Origin: a plasmid
Sequence record: NZ_CP069608.1
Strand: one strand, 5' to 3'
DNA: 64,000 nucleotides
Positions 8,477 through 17,734 of this stretch are shown here, in pieces (within the stretch, counting starts at the first letter, position 1; each line of letters opens with the position of its first letter). The notes beneath the pieces are model-generated. The model saw only the letters and a list, made by a program, of their open reading frames with translations, had not been told where the DNA came from and did not search any database. The position numbers and the translations under genes were made by a program.

Positions 8477-9778
8477 ATGACAAAGATATTAACCTGCTAT
8501 TTAAAAGATGTAGATACCTTCAATGGACGGTTCAAATGGTTATGGACCAACAAGTCCACGCTTCGTAAAAAGAAAGGAGAGTTTTTAGACATTCTTCGTA
8601 CCCACTTTAAACAACAACAATCTGCTATACATAAAGAATTTCCTAAAAAGAGAATGGAAATGCTCGATCACGTCATCTATAACCTAGTGGCTACAGGCAT
8701 TCAAGCAATCCGTTCTGAAACGCTTATGAAGAAATTTAACGTGTCCAAAAGTACGGTTTCTCGTTTTGTACGCTCACTAAAGGCAACGCCCTTTGTACTT
8801 GTGGCGCGATACATTAAAGAGGATGCAACAGGTACTCATCCTGACAGTTATGTATTTATCCTTAAAAGCCATAAGAACTTTCAGCATATTTGCGACGAGA
8901 TCTTTTTTGCCCATGATACAACAGGGATACAAACACTTCAACAAGAAGAAATGACCACTCCTGTGACACGTCCTGTGACGTCTCCAGAAAGTGCTGAAAA
9001 CGTTGATACACCAAGCTTAGAGGACGATAAATCACCTGATGCCTTTATTAACCTTGATTTACCTGTAAATCATATAAATAATCATTTAATATCTGTTTCA
9101 CAGTCCTTCAGTTATATCAAAGGTGTGCCTAAGAAAGTCAATCAAGTCTATGCAGGTAAATATGGTCATCAACTAAAAGACTTCTATGCTCGCATTCAAA
9201 ATGCTGCAAAAGCAGTAAAAAGAGATACAGAGATTACGATTGAGAAAGAGCAAGTACATGACATTGCGTATACATCCATTGTGGGATTAGATAAATATGT
9301 CCATGAAGCTAATCAACAAGGCAATCCTTTATCCCTACGGGATATGTGTCGATTAATCTATCAAATTGCGAAAAATCAATTCTATGAATGGGTAAACCCT
9401 AAAGGACAGGATCATTCATCAGTATACGCAAACCAACAAGAAGTTATACATAACGAAAGTCAATCAATAACATTGGCTAAACCGAAACATATTATCCGTA
9501 AAGAATTGGTTCCTGATTGGTTAAAAGCTGAACAGCAGCAAGAAGAAGTTCCAAAAGAAACAGAGATTTCTTTGGATCAACAGCTTGAAATGATTCAGTT
9601 AAAGCAAGATTTAGGACAAGAGCTAACACCAGAAGAAGAGAATTTGCTGGAGGAGCACAGCTCCACGTATAGCTTGTTGGAGATAGCTCAGGTGAAACAG
9701 GACTTAGGACAAGCTTTAACACTAGAGGAACAAGAATGTTTACGTCAGCATAACCAGCTAGAAGACACAGCTTCCTAA
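8477..9778 (+). CDS. HTH DNA-binding protein with C-terminal Q/E-rich tandem repeats; putative plasmid-type replication initiator-like protein
   Basis: NVSKSTVSRFVRSLK HTH. Tandem ...KQDLGQ(E/A)LT...EE... repeats. Context with ParB-like and RHH genes. Family assignment is not certain. Confidence 0.45.
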   Translation: MTKILTCYLKDVDTFNGRFKWLWTNKSTLRKKKGEFLDILRTHFKQQQSAIHKEFPKKRMEMLDHVIYNLVATGIQAIRSETLMKKFNVSKSTVSRFVRSLKATPFVLVARYIKEDATGTHPDSYVFILKSHKNFQHICDEIFFAHDTTGIQTLQQEEMTTPVTRPVTSPESAENVDTPSLEDDKSPDAFINLDLPVNHINNHLISVSQSFSYIKGVPKKVNQVYAGKYGHQLKDFYARIQNAAKAVKRDTEITIEKEQVHDIAYTSIVGLDKYVHEANQQGNPLSLRDMCRLIYQIAKNQFYEWVNPKGQDHSSVYANQQEVIHNESQSITLAKPKHIIRKELVPDWLKAEQQQEEVPKETEISLDQQLEMIQLKQDLGQELTPEEENLLEEHSSTYSLLEIAQVKQDLGQALTLEEQECLRQHNQLEDTAS

Positions 9779-9887
9779 TCAAAAAAAGTAGAAATTCCTT
9801 AGAAGCTGATGTTTTAATAGAATATGTTTATTTAGAACCGTGTTCTAAATAAACAATAACCAATAATCTACGCAGGAGGAGACTATT

Positions 9888-10682
9888 ATGCCACATAAAA
9901 TTACCTTAACCGGATCAGCCACAGGACCACTACGAGAATATGATCGCTACGTTGCCTTTGATATGCGTGAAAAAGGGTCACCATCTGCACCGAAAGGATT
10001 AAAGAAGAGTACCTTTATTTCGTATACCGTATTTGTTGCTAAGAAAGCCTTTAATAAAACAGGCCTCACGAAGAAAAGTATCATGCATGAAAAAATCTTA
10101 ATTCAAGGAGAACCAACGTTAGATATTCCGATTGATGAATGCCCTGGCGAAGTAGGGGTGATCTGTTTCCAGATTACCGTTCTACCGAATAAAAACGACA
10201 AAGAGAATGAGTCGGATGCAAAAAAAGAAAGTAAACAAGAAGCTTCTGCGCCGTCTCAATCCCAAAAGAATACGGAACCTACTAAACAGGAAGAAGACCA
10301 AGCACCTGTTTCTCAACCTGTAGCAAAAGAGGAGAAAAAAGAAGCAGAAACGGTACAGACAGAAGCAAAAGAAACAAAAGAAACACCTGTACAAGAGAAA
10401 AAGGCTGAGCCAAAACCGAAAACACTACCGAATCAACCAAAAGGGACACAGGATCTTTTGAGCTTTGATGATATTATCGTACCTGAAGCATTCTTAAACA
10501 CACGTCCGAACCCTGAGAAAACACAAAAGGTCATTGATTATGTGAAGCGTACAGGACGCTTAGATGAGCCATTAACGATTGAAAAAGGCTCCAAGGTTTT
10601 AAAAGATGGCTATCGTCGTTATGTCGTGGCTAAAACTGTGAAAATGGAGAAAGTTCCTGTGGTCTATGAATATCAAAAGTAA
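9888..10682 (+). CDS. ParB-like N-terminal (ParB/Srx) domain protein with K/E-rich linker and a Cys-containing N-terminal domain
   Basis: C-terminal ...IVPEAFLNTRPNPEK...LTIEKGSKVLKDGYRRYVVAKTVKMEKVPVV matches the ParB N-domain signature (DGhRRyxAak...vPvv). Confidence 0.5.
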   Translation: MPHKITLTGSATGPLREYDRYVAFDMREKGSPSAPKGLKKSTFISYTVFVAKKAFNKTGLTKKSIMHEKILIQGEPTLDIPIDECPGEVGVICFQITVLPNKNDKENESDAKKESKQEASAPSQSQKNTEPTKQEEDQAPVSQPVAKEEKKEAETVQTEAKETKETPVQEKKAEPKPKTLPNQPKGTQDLLSFDDIIVPEAFLNTRPNPEKTQKVIDYVKRTGRLDEPLTIEKGSKVLKDGYRRYVVAKTVKMEKVPVVYEYQK

Positions 10683-10983
10683 ATAAAGTGGGAGTAGAAT
10701 GGTATAGAGAGAGAACATCTTGACTCAAGTTGAAAAAGAGAACCCTAATATCGAGCGTGAGGACCTATGTTATCCCATGACTATGAGAATATTAAGCTGT
10801 TCATTATTAACGGTAAAACATGAATTGAAATCAATAGCTGAACGTACTATCCTACCTTCAGCCAACACTGTTCCTTGGTACATTAACGGCAAAATGACAA
10901 AACACCAAAGATGGTCCTCTTATTATTTGAAGGTTTTTACGTATATACCTAGAATAGTTCTCTTGATAAGAGGAGGTGATCAT

Positions 10984-11457
10984 ATGTTGAGAGTCATAAC
11001 CGCAGAAGCAGCATATACCACCGAAGAATTAGCCGATATACTTGGTTTGCCTATATCAACTATACGAAAATACAACTTCCATTTTACCAAAATAGGAGTG
11101 CAGTTTACTAAAAAACAAGGTAGATTAGCTTATACGAATGACGACGTTACCATCTTTCATGAACTTAAAAAAATGTATGCCCATCCCGAAATGACCTTAG
11201 AAAAAGCCGTTATAACCGTTGCAAAAAAATTCAACTTAGTACCAGACACTCCACCTAACATTTCAACTGAAAAACAAACCCTTAGCTTAGAACCATTCGA
11301 CGTACAAATGAAAAAAATACAAAGCTATATCGATGCAAAATTTGAAGAACGCGAACGTCAATTAATTTCAATGGCTCGCGAAATTCGGGCGTTAAAAAAA
11401 GCACAACAACAAAAGAAGAGTTTTTATAAGTGGTTAAAAACCTTTTTTGAAAAATGA
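10984..11457 (+). CDS. MerR-like HTH + coiled-coil protein, paralog of 7462..8007 (start at internal Met with AGGAGGTGA RBS)
   Basis: YTTEELADILGLPISTIRKY HTH; strong RBS at 10968-10976. Confidence 0.55.
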   Translation: MLRVITAEAAYTTEELADILGLPISTIRKYNFHFTKIGVQFTKKQGRLAYTNDDVTIFHELKKMYAHPEMTLEKAVITVAKKFNLVPDTPPNISTEKQTLSLEPFDVQMKKIQSYIDAKFEERERQLISMAREIRALKKAQQQKKSFYKWLKTFFEK

Positions 11458-11496
11458 TTTGCTAGAATGGTGTTATCTAATATTCTCTAAAAAACA

Positions 11497-11545
11497 AGCC
11501 CTTTTTCCTTTACCTAAAGGAAAAAGGGTTTGTTTATGTGAAGTT
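11497..11545. terminator. 21-bp stem hairpin AAACAAGCCCTTTTTCCTTTA / TAAAGGAAAAAGGGTTTGTTT; bidirectional terminator between convergent genes
   Basis: Seen in sequence; one mismatch in the stem. Confidence 0.55.
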
Positions 11546-11663
11546 CAATTTTGAGGAATATCTATAACAAAGACCGCCCATTATGTATCAGTCTATAAGG
11601 CGGTCTTACCTGTATTCATGCTATATGTTTATGACAAAAATATCGACAATATTTTAAAAGAGA

Positions 11664-12038
11664 TTAAGAGAAGAACGCAATGGCTAAAATAGCAGCCACA
11701 CAACCTAGATAAATGTTTCCACTCCAATCTCTTTTATCTTTTTCATCAACAGAGTAGCTATTATACGAGCCAGCAATTGGCTCTATTTTTAATTTACGTT
11801 TTGTCTCTTGTTCACTATCGAAGATCAAGTCTGATTCCTCCATTATTTGAGAATTGTACGATAGGAAGCGTCCCTGTTCGTCTCTCAGACGTTGGCTCAC
11901 ATCGTGAAGGTGACTCTTTTTCACTGTAGGAGGAACGTGAGGGTTGAATACTTGCTTCTGGTATTCGTCTGCTACCAGTTGGTGTTCTAAGTACTTTAGA
12001 AGCGCTTGAAGACGTTCCTTTTCCTTCCATGACATCAT
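11664..12038 (-). CDS. Hypothetical protein with C-terminal transmembrane anchor (124 aa)
   Basis: ORF with plausible composition; C-terminal LGCVAAILAIAFF. Confidence 0.5.
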   Translation of the reverse strand: MMSWKEKERLQALLKYLEHQLVADEYQKQVFNPHVPPTVKKSHLHDVSQRLRDEQGRFLSYNSQIMEESDLIFDSEQETKRKLKIEPIAGSYNSYSVDEKDKRDWSGNIYLGCVAAILAIAFFS

Positions 12039-12061
12039 ATATAATGCTCCCTTCTTCTTTT

Positions 12062-12294
12062 ACATTCGCGTCTTGCTCCAGCCATAAATAATGGGCAGAA
12101 GCGTCCCATGGTGGAGAGGGGGGAGTGACATCACTTCGTTTATAGTGACTCATAATTTCTAGAAATAACGGATTGTTGGCAGCTGTAAACAATGCACATC
12201 TGACAATTTGATTTCGACTTAGGGATGTTTGCTGAAACCATTCATCAATATATGTACGATAGACGTCGCTACACCTTAAAGTGAGTCGATACAC
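12062..12294 (-). CDS. Ribbon-helix-helix (CopG/Arc/MetJ-like) domain protein; the reading frame continues without a stop into the next gene (see findings)
   Basis: YRLTLRCSDVYRTYIDEWFQQTSLSRNQIVRCALFTA = beta-strand + two helices, typical of RHH. Confidence 0.4.
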
Positions 12295-12327
12295 AGAATC
12301 CTCTCCTTATTAATATATTTATCTCTT

Positions 12328-12447
12328 AGATCCTTTTTATTTTGCTGTATACGCTGTTTTTTTATTTAAAATGGTTTCTAATACCTTCTTACCTTCTGAT
12401 GTCAGGAAGACACCATTTTGTGAGTTTAATAATTGAATGGCTAATTC
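12328..12447 (-). CDS. Possible 39-aa small ORF (MNKELAIQLLNSQNGVFLTSEGKKVLETILNKKTAYTAK) with AGGAGTG RBS
   Basis: RBS-ATG spacing is good; very short, so speculative. Confidence 0.2.
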
Positions 12448-12622
12448 TTTATTCATGTCGTTCACTCCTATCCTCATGTTATGACACTAGTGTGATGCCT
12501 TCGTGACATCTTACTTGAATGATATGAAGGAGAGCTTGTACACTATTCCTCATCTTTCAGGAAGAATGGGTTTATTTTTCAGGATTATTGGACACTACTG
12601 GAAAATGAAGGAGAGTGAAAGT

Positions 12623-12847
12623 ATGTTTGGACTTGGAAAAAGACGCACAAAGTTAGGTAAATGGCTGGATAGACGGGGAATATCTCAAGCATGGTTAAAG
12701 GATAAAACTGGATTAAATAAAAACACTATTGGAGATTTAACGAGTGATATGGATCGATCACCAACTCAAAAGACTATGAAGAAAATACTTAAAGCACTAA
12801 GGGAGATTGATCCTAATCTTAAAAGTGATGATTTTTGGGATATTTAA
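12623..12847 (+). CDS. Small HTH (XRE-like) protein, 74 aa
   Basis: ISQAWLKDKTGLNKNTIGDL HTH; GGAGAGTG RBS. Confidence 0.5.
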   Translation: MFGLGKRRTKLGKWLDRRGISQAWLKDKTGLNKNTIGDLTSDMDRSPTQKTMKKILKALREIDPNLKSDDFWDI

Positions 12848-12850
12848 AAA

Positions 12851-12882
12851 ACTCCTATTTATACAGGAGTCTTTTCTTACTC
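12851..12882. terminator. Hairpin ACTCCT-atttatac-AGGAGT + T-rich tail between convergent genes
   Basis: Seen in sequence. Confidence 0.5.
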
Positions 12883-12883
12883 G

Positions 12884-13969
12884 TTATTCTAATGCAACAC
12901 TCGTCATCAACCCTAAATAAGTACTTATAATAAAACTGATTACTAAGAAGACAGCTAAAACAGGTGTTTTTTTCTTATAAAAACTAAGGACAATCATAAT
13001 AAGAAACAGAACTCCAAAAATAAAGGAAACTATTCCCTGAGATGAGCCTATTATCTCTAAATTTACTGGTATTTTAATAGAACTACCAAGTAAATTAGTA
13101 ACCCAATTTACGGCTCCTTCAGATTTGACGGTCTGATCAATATCATGTGGTGGAGATAATGTGCCTAAAACTCCTGTGAAAAAGAAGATTATTACTAAAC
13201 ATATACTTTCAGCTTTCACCCAAAGACGAGGATCAAATGTAGGCGTTTTCCTCATTCTCCTTACTAAAATCCCATTAATAAACGCAAAGACGAGAAGAGG
13301 GATAATACTTATATGTTTAAATAGTAACATCTGTCCATAGGGCAAAACCCAGGCATTTACGTAATCTTTGAAATCTATAACAAATAACATTACAATGACA
13401 CCACTTATTAAAATAACGATCATACAACTAACTGCAAATGGCGTAAACCAACGTAAGAATCTATCCCAATTTGTAGAATCTTTACTGAACCATGAAACTT
13501 GTATTAAAATACCTGCCCATAAAGTGACAGCTAAGAAATGCACTGTATGAGAAGTAAATCCTGTCCAAAAAGATAAGGAGGCTACATGACTAGCATATCC
13601 TATGCTTAATACCATTAAAAATAATAAAACAGCTTGAATATATTTGGAGCTTTCTAGATAGATAGCTAACCATAAAAGGATGGAACACCAAACGATAGCA
13701 ATCCATGCTTTACCTATTTCAAAAGTAAATAAAACAGAAAATAAAGTTTGAGCCACCCCAACACTTCCGCCAAAATAGGCAACTACTTGCAAAAGAGGAC
13801 CAAAAGTGAAGAGAATAATTCCTAAAACACAGCTTAATAAAAACCTTCTGGATATATATATACTAGGTTTCTTTTCAGGTGAAACAAATTGAAGAGCAAC
13901 ATGCCCTATTAAGATAGAAAAAAGTATATACGTTATCAGTTCAGTAAGAGGTACTAGTACGTTCAACAT
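12884..13969 (-). CDS. copD: CopD-family copper resistance membrane protein (paralog of 43215..44282)
   Basis: Shared GYASHVASLSFWTGF.SH..HFL.V.LW.GI motif with the copC-linked CopD. Confidence 0.7.
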   Translation of the reverse strand: MLNVLVPLTELITYILFSILIGHVALQFVSPEKKPSIYISRRFLLSCVLGIILFTFGPLLQVVAYFGGSVGVAQTLFSVLFTFEIGKAWIAIVWCSILLWLAIYLESSKYIQAVLLFLMVLSIGYASHVASLSFWTGFTSHTVHFLAVTLWAGILIQVSWFSKDSTNWDRFLRWFTPFAVSCMIVILISGVIVMLFVIDFKDYVNAWVLPYGQMLLFKHISIIPLLVFAFINGILVRRMRKTPTFDPRLWVKAESICLVIIFFFTGVLGTLSPPHDIDQTVKSEGAVNWVTNLLGSSIKIPVNLEIIGSSQGIVSFIFGVLFLIMIVLSFYKKKTPVLAVFLVISFIISTYLGLMTSVALE

Positions 13970-14592
13970 TAATCACCTTTCTTCTGCAATATAATCTTCC
14001 TATATAACCCTTTCATCATAACATCTACGTCTTCTTGAATTTCACACTGATTTTCAACATTTTTGTAAACACTTTCAAAGGATAGCCCAATATCTGTTCC
14101 GAGCAACTTAATGAGAGGTCGAAGCATCTTTTTACCGAAAGAAAGTTGCTGATTAGTTGGTTCAAATTTATCGAAAATTAGGATCGTTCCTTTATCCTTG
14201 GTTACTCGAATCATTTCATTTAATGATTTATTGGCGTTAGGAACAACACTAAGAAGTAGGCTGGCCACAACAATATCAAACGAATTTGATTTAAAGTCTA
14301 GTTCCTGAGCATCCATCTGTAAAAACTCAATGGAACTATTTTTATATTTATCTTTTGCTTTTTGAAGCATTTCGTCTGAATAGTCAATAGCTTTCACTTG
14401 TAAGTCATCGTAGGGTATAAATGTTAAGTCTGCGCCTGTTCCAATTCCCACAAATAAAACACGTTGTTTTGGTTTAAATAAAATATTTTGAAACACTTTC
14501 TTTCTAGCTTTATAAAATGTTCCATGGTTAAAAAAAACATCATAGAAGGGTGCCCAACATCTATAAATAAACTGATTCCACTGGTTATTCAT
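13969..14592 (-). CDS. Class I SAM-dependent methyltransferase
   Basis: Motif I VLFVGIGTGAD. Confidence 0.7.
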   Translation of the reverse strand: MNNQWNQFIYRCWAPFYDVFFNHGTFYKARKKVFQNILFKPKQRVLFVGIGTGADLTFIPYDDLQVKAIDYSDEMLQKAKDKYKNSSIEFLQMDAQELDFKSNSFDIVVASLLLSVVPNANKSLNEMIRVTKDKGTILIFDKFEPTNQQLSFGKKMLRPLIKLLGTDIGLSFESVYKNVENQCEIQEDVDVMMKGLYRKIILQKKGD

Positions 14593-14652
14593 CCTATTTC
14601 CTCCTTATAAAAAGGGCTTTCCAACTATCGATGGAAAGCCACTACATGATGT

Positions 14653-17343
14653 TTATTCTTTCATTTTTAATATTCGAAGACTATTTAAGATAACGAGTAA
14701 GGCGGCTCCTGTATCACTGAGGACAGCAATCCAAAGCGTTAACCAACCAGGGAAAATAAATACTAAAGCAATTACTTTGATAATAATCGAAAACCAAATG
14801 TTTTGTTTGATAACCGTCAATGCTTTTCGACTTAATTTCATGGTATGAGGTAGCTTTTCTAAGTTATCCGCCATCAATACAATATCTGCTGTCTCCATAG
14901 CTGTGTCTGTACCTGCACCACCCATTGCAATTCCAAGGTCTGCTGTCGCCAATGCAGGGGCATCATTAATGCCGTCTCCAACCATAGCTGTTTTATAACC
15001 TTCGCTTTGTAACTGCTTGATTGCTGTTACTTTATCTTCAGGTAGAAGGTCTGCAAAATAGCGATTTACACCTGACTGAGAGGCAATCATTTTTGCTGTA
15101 CCTTCATTATCGCCTGTTAACATGACAATTTGTTCAATTCCATTTTGTTTAAGGCTATCTAAAGCTGATATCGTTGTTTTTCTGATGATATCAGCTACTC
15201 CTACAATTCCTAACACTTCTTCTTTTGTTCCCACAATAATAATGGTTTTTCCTTCAGTTTGAAGCTTTTCAATATGTGTTAAAGAATTAGATAATGGTGT
15301 TCCTATATCTGAGAATAAATTTGCATTCCCAGCATAATAGATAGTTCCATCAATTGTTGCTTGCACACCTTTACCTGTTATACTTTTAAAATTTGAACCT
15401 TCTAAAGAAGTAATATCTTGATTATCAGCATGGGCAACAATTGCTCGTGCAATTGGATGATTTGAATACTCTTCTAACGTTTTAGTGATGGATAGAAGCT
15501 GTTCTTCTGTAGAAGTATAAGGAATTACGTTTGAAACGGCTGGTTTACCTTCCGTAAGCGTACCAGTCTTATCAAAAGCAATTGCGCTTATAGCTCCTGC
15601 TTTTTCTAAGAATGTTCCACCTTTTATAAGGACACCATTCTTAGCCGCATTACCAATAGCTGATACAATAGCCACTGGCGTAGAAATAACCAACGCACAA
15701 GGACATGCTACTACTAATAATTCAAGCCCTTTGTAGAACCAGTCACCCCATGATCCACCGAATAAAGGAGGGACCACCATCACTAATAAAGCTAGGATAA
15801 AAACAATAGGTGTATAAATCGTTGCAAATTTATCGACAAATGCTTGAGTTGGAGCTTTCTTTTCTTGAGCTTCTTCAACCAAGTGAATAATTTTAGAAAT
15901 GGTCGTGTCTTCTACCAGTTTTGTCACTTTGATTTCTAATGAACCACTCTCATTAATTGTTCCAGCATAAACAGTATCGCCAATTTCTTTATCAACTGGA
16001 ATCGATTCACCAGTAATAGGGGCTTGATTAATACTAGATTCTCCTTTTACTACTTCTCCATCTAAAGGAATTCGATCTCCCGGTTTGACCACAATGATAT
16101 TTCCTATAGATACTTCTTCTACGGCTTTTTTTAGCAATTGGTCACCTTGTTTTACCCAAGCTTCAGGAGGAGCTAAATCCATTAAGTTTCGTATCGAATT
16201 CCTTGTTTGTTCGATGGACCTAGTTTGTAATGCTACTCCTAGGGCAAATAGCCATACAACTGTAGCACCTTCGAGCCATTCACCAATAATAGCAGCTCCA
16301 AGCGCTGCAACGGTCATTAATACATTCATATCTAATGAACGACTTTTAACAGCATAAAAAGCACTTTTAGCAGGCTTATATCCACTAATGACCATAGCTA
16401 CTGCATACATAATGTTATTAATAAAAGGAGAAACCCCTGTATAAGAGCCGATGAAACCTAACGCGATAAGAATTCCTGAAAAAATAATAGGTCCATTTTT
16501 TCCTTTATTATGATTTGTTTCGACAGCTTTTCTATTATTAGTTAGTAAAGTCGCGGTATATCCTGCTTTAGAGACTTCCTTAATAATTTCTTCTACATCA
16601 TTATCATGGTCAATCTGTGCTTTTCCCGTTGAAAAGTTCACACTGACATCTTTAACAGCAGGTACAGTCTTTAAATGATTAACAATTGTGTTCGCACAAG
16701 CAGCACAATCCATTCCTTCAATCAAATAAGTTTTCATTCGCTTATTTTGATTGATTGGCTCAATACTAAAACCTAGTTTCTCAACTCGGTTTGGGATAGG
16801 GGAAAAAGCCAATTGGTTGTTTGCTACTACTTGCAATTTTCCTGTGCTGTAATTTACTTTTACATCTTGTATATCGTCTAAAGTTCTTAGACTTTTTTCA
16901 ATTGTAGCAGCACAAGCTGGACAATCCATTCCAAACACTCGATATTCGCTTTTTTCTCCAGTTCCATTTGTAACAAGTTCTTTGTCTTCAGAAGCATTAC
17001 TGTCACTGCTACAACAACTTGACTTATGTTGTAGATTTTCTTCTTTGGTTAAGGCAACACTATCTGAACTGCAGCAACTATCTAGCTTTACATTGTTTGA
17101 TGAAGCATTTGAAGCATTACTGCTACAACAATTTGATTGTGGTTCTTCATGTTTTTCCTCAACTGCTGAGGAGTTATTTGAACTACAACAGCTCGATTTC
17201 TTCTGGAGATTTTCCTCTTTTATTAAAGGAATAATATTTGAGCTACAGCAACTATCGCTTTTCACTTCATCTTTTAGCTTATTTGAAGGATTGCTACTGC
17301 AACAACTCTTATTTGATTCATCTTGTACATTTTTAGGTGCCAT
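14653..17343 (-). CDS. cadA: Cd/Zn/Pb-type heavy-metal P1B ATPase (CadA-like) with two HMA domains and an N-terminal 6x CCSS(N/D) cysteine-repeat extension
   Basis: GMDCPACAATIEKSL and GMDCAACANTIVNHL HMA motifs; CPC; DKTGTLT; GDGINDAP. Start set at MAPKNV with GAGGAG RBS. Overlaps the cadC stop. Confidence 0.9.
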   Translation of the reverse strand: MAPKNVQDESNKSCCSSNPSNKLKDEVKSDSCCSSNIIPLIKEENLQKKSSCCSSNNSSAVEEKHEEPQSNCCSSNASNASSNNVKLDSCCSSDSVALTKEENLQHKSSCCSSDSNASEDKELVTNGTGEKSEYRVFGMDCPACAATIEKSLRTLDDIQDVKVNYSTGKLQVVANNQLAFSPIPNRVEKLGFSIEPINQNKRMKTYLIEGMDCAACANTIVNHLKTVPAVKDVSVNFSTGKAQIDHDNDVEEIIKEVSKAGYTATLLTNNRKAVETNHNKGKNGPIIFSGILIALGFIGSYTGVSPFINNIMYAVAMVISGYKPAKSAFYAVKSRSLDMNVLMTVAALGAAIIGEWLEGATVVWLFALGVALQTRSIEQTRNSIRNLMDLAPPEAWVKQGDQLLKKAVEEVSIGNIIVVKPGDRIPLDGEVVKGESSINQAPITGESIPVDKEIGDTVYAGTINESGSLEIKVTKLVEDTTISKIIHLVEEAQEKKAPTQAFVDKFATIYTPIVFILALLVMVVPPLFGGSWGDWFYKGLELLVVACPCALVISTPVAIVSAIGNAAKNGVLIKGGTFLEKAGAISAIAFDKTGTLTEGKPAVSNVIPYTSTEEQLLSITKTLEEYSNHPIARAIVAHADNQDITSLEGSNFKSITGKGVQATIDGTIYYAGNANLFSDIGTPLSNSLTHIEKLQTEGKTIIIVGTKEEVLGIVGVADIIRKTTISALDSLKQNGIEQIVMLTGDNEGTAKMIASQSGVNRYFADLLPEDKVTAIKQLQSEGYKTAMVGDGINDAPALATADLGIAMGGAGTDTAMETADIVLMADNLEKLPHTMKLSRKALTVIKQNIWFSIIIKVIALVFIFPGWLTLWIAVLSDTGAALLVILNSLRILKMKE

Positions 17344-17374
17344 TTCTTCCAACTCCTCATATAGTAAGAAAAGC

Positions 17375-17734
17375 TTAAAGCGTAATTTCTTCCTTCTCAG
17401 TAAACATGACTTCAATCAACTGCTTAATATGTTCATCATTCAAAGAATAGAAAGCTAGTTTTCCTTCTTTACGGTAGCTTGCAATTCCCATATTACGAAG
17501 AAGTCTCAAATGATGAGAAGCTGTTGCTACTGTAGATCCAACAATATTAGCTACGTCACAAACACATAATTCTTCCCCCTTATACAAAGCAAGGACAATC
17601 TTCAATCTTGTTTCATCTGCTAAAGCTTTTAGGGTTTTTGTTACATCTTGAGCTTCCTTAACATCTATAGAAGACTTAATACGATTAACTTTTTCTTCGT
17701 TATAACAATAAATATCGCAGCGATCTTTTGCCAT
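17375..17734 (-). CDS. cadC: ArsR/SmtB-family Cd(II)/Pb(II)/Zn(II)-responsive repressor CadC
   Basis: MAKDRCDIYCYNEEKVNRI...ELCVCDVANIVGSTVATASHHLRLL closely matches CadC of pI258; AAGGAGG RBS. Confidence 0.85.
   Translation of the reverse strand: MAKDRCDIYCYNEEKVNRIKSSIDVKEAQDVTKTLKALADETRLKIVLALYKGEELCVCDVANIVGSTVATASHHLRLLRNMGIASYRKEGKLAFYSLNDEHIKQLIEVMFTEKEEITL

Noticed and set aside
9492-9782. 96-aa minus-strand ORF
   Set aside because: Antisense to the repeat-containing 3' end of the Rep-like gene; an artefact of its repetitive codons.
10182-10394. 70-aa minus-strand ORF (F/C-rich)
   Set aside because: Antisense of the K/E-rich linker of the ParB-like gene.
10720-10983. N-terminal 88 codons of the 10720..11457 ORF
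   Set aside because: No RBS at 10720; a strong AGGAGGTGA RBS precedes the internal Met at 10984, and paralog comparison supports the shorter protein.
16085-17458. Plus-strand ORFs 16085..16357, 16982..17458, 17019..17234
   Set aside because: Antisense to cadA (including its repeat region); repetitive composition.
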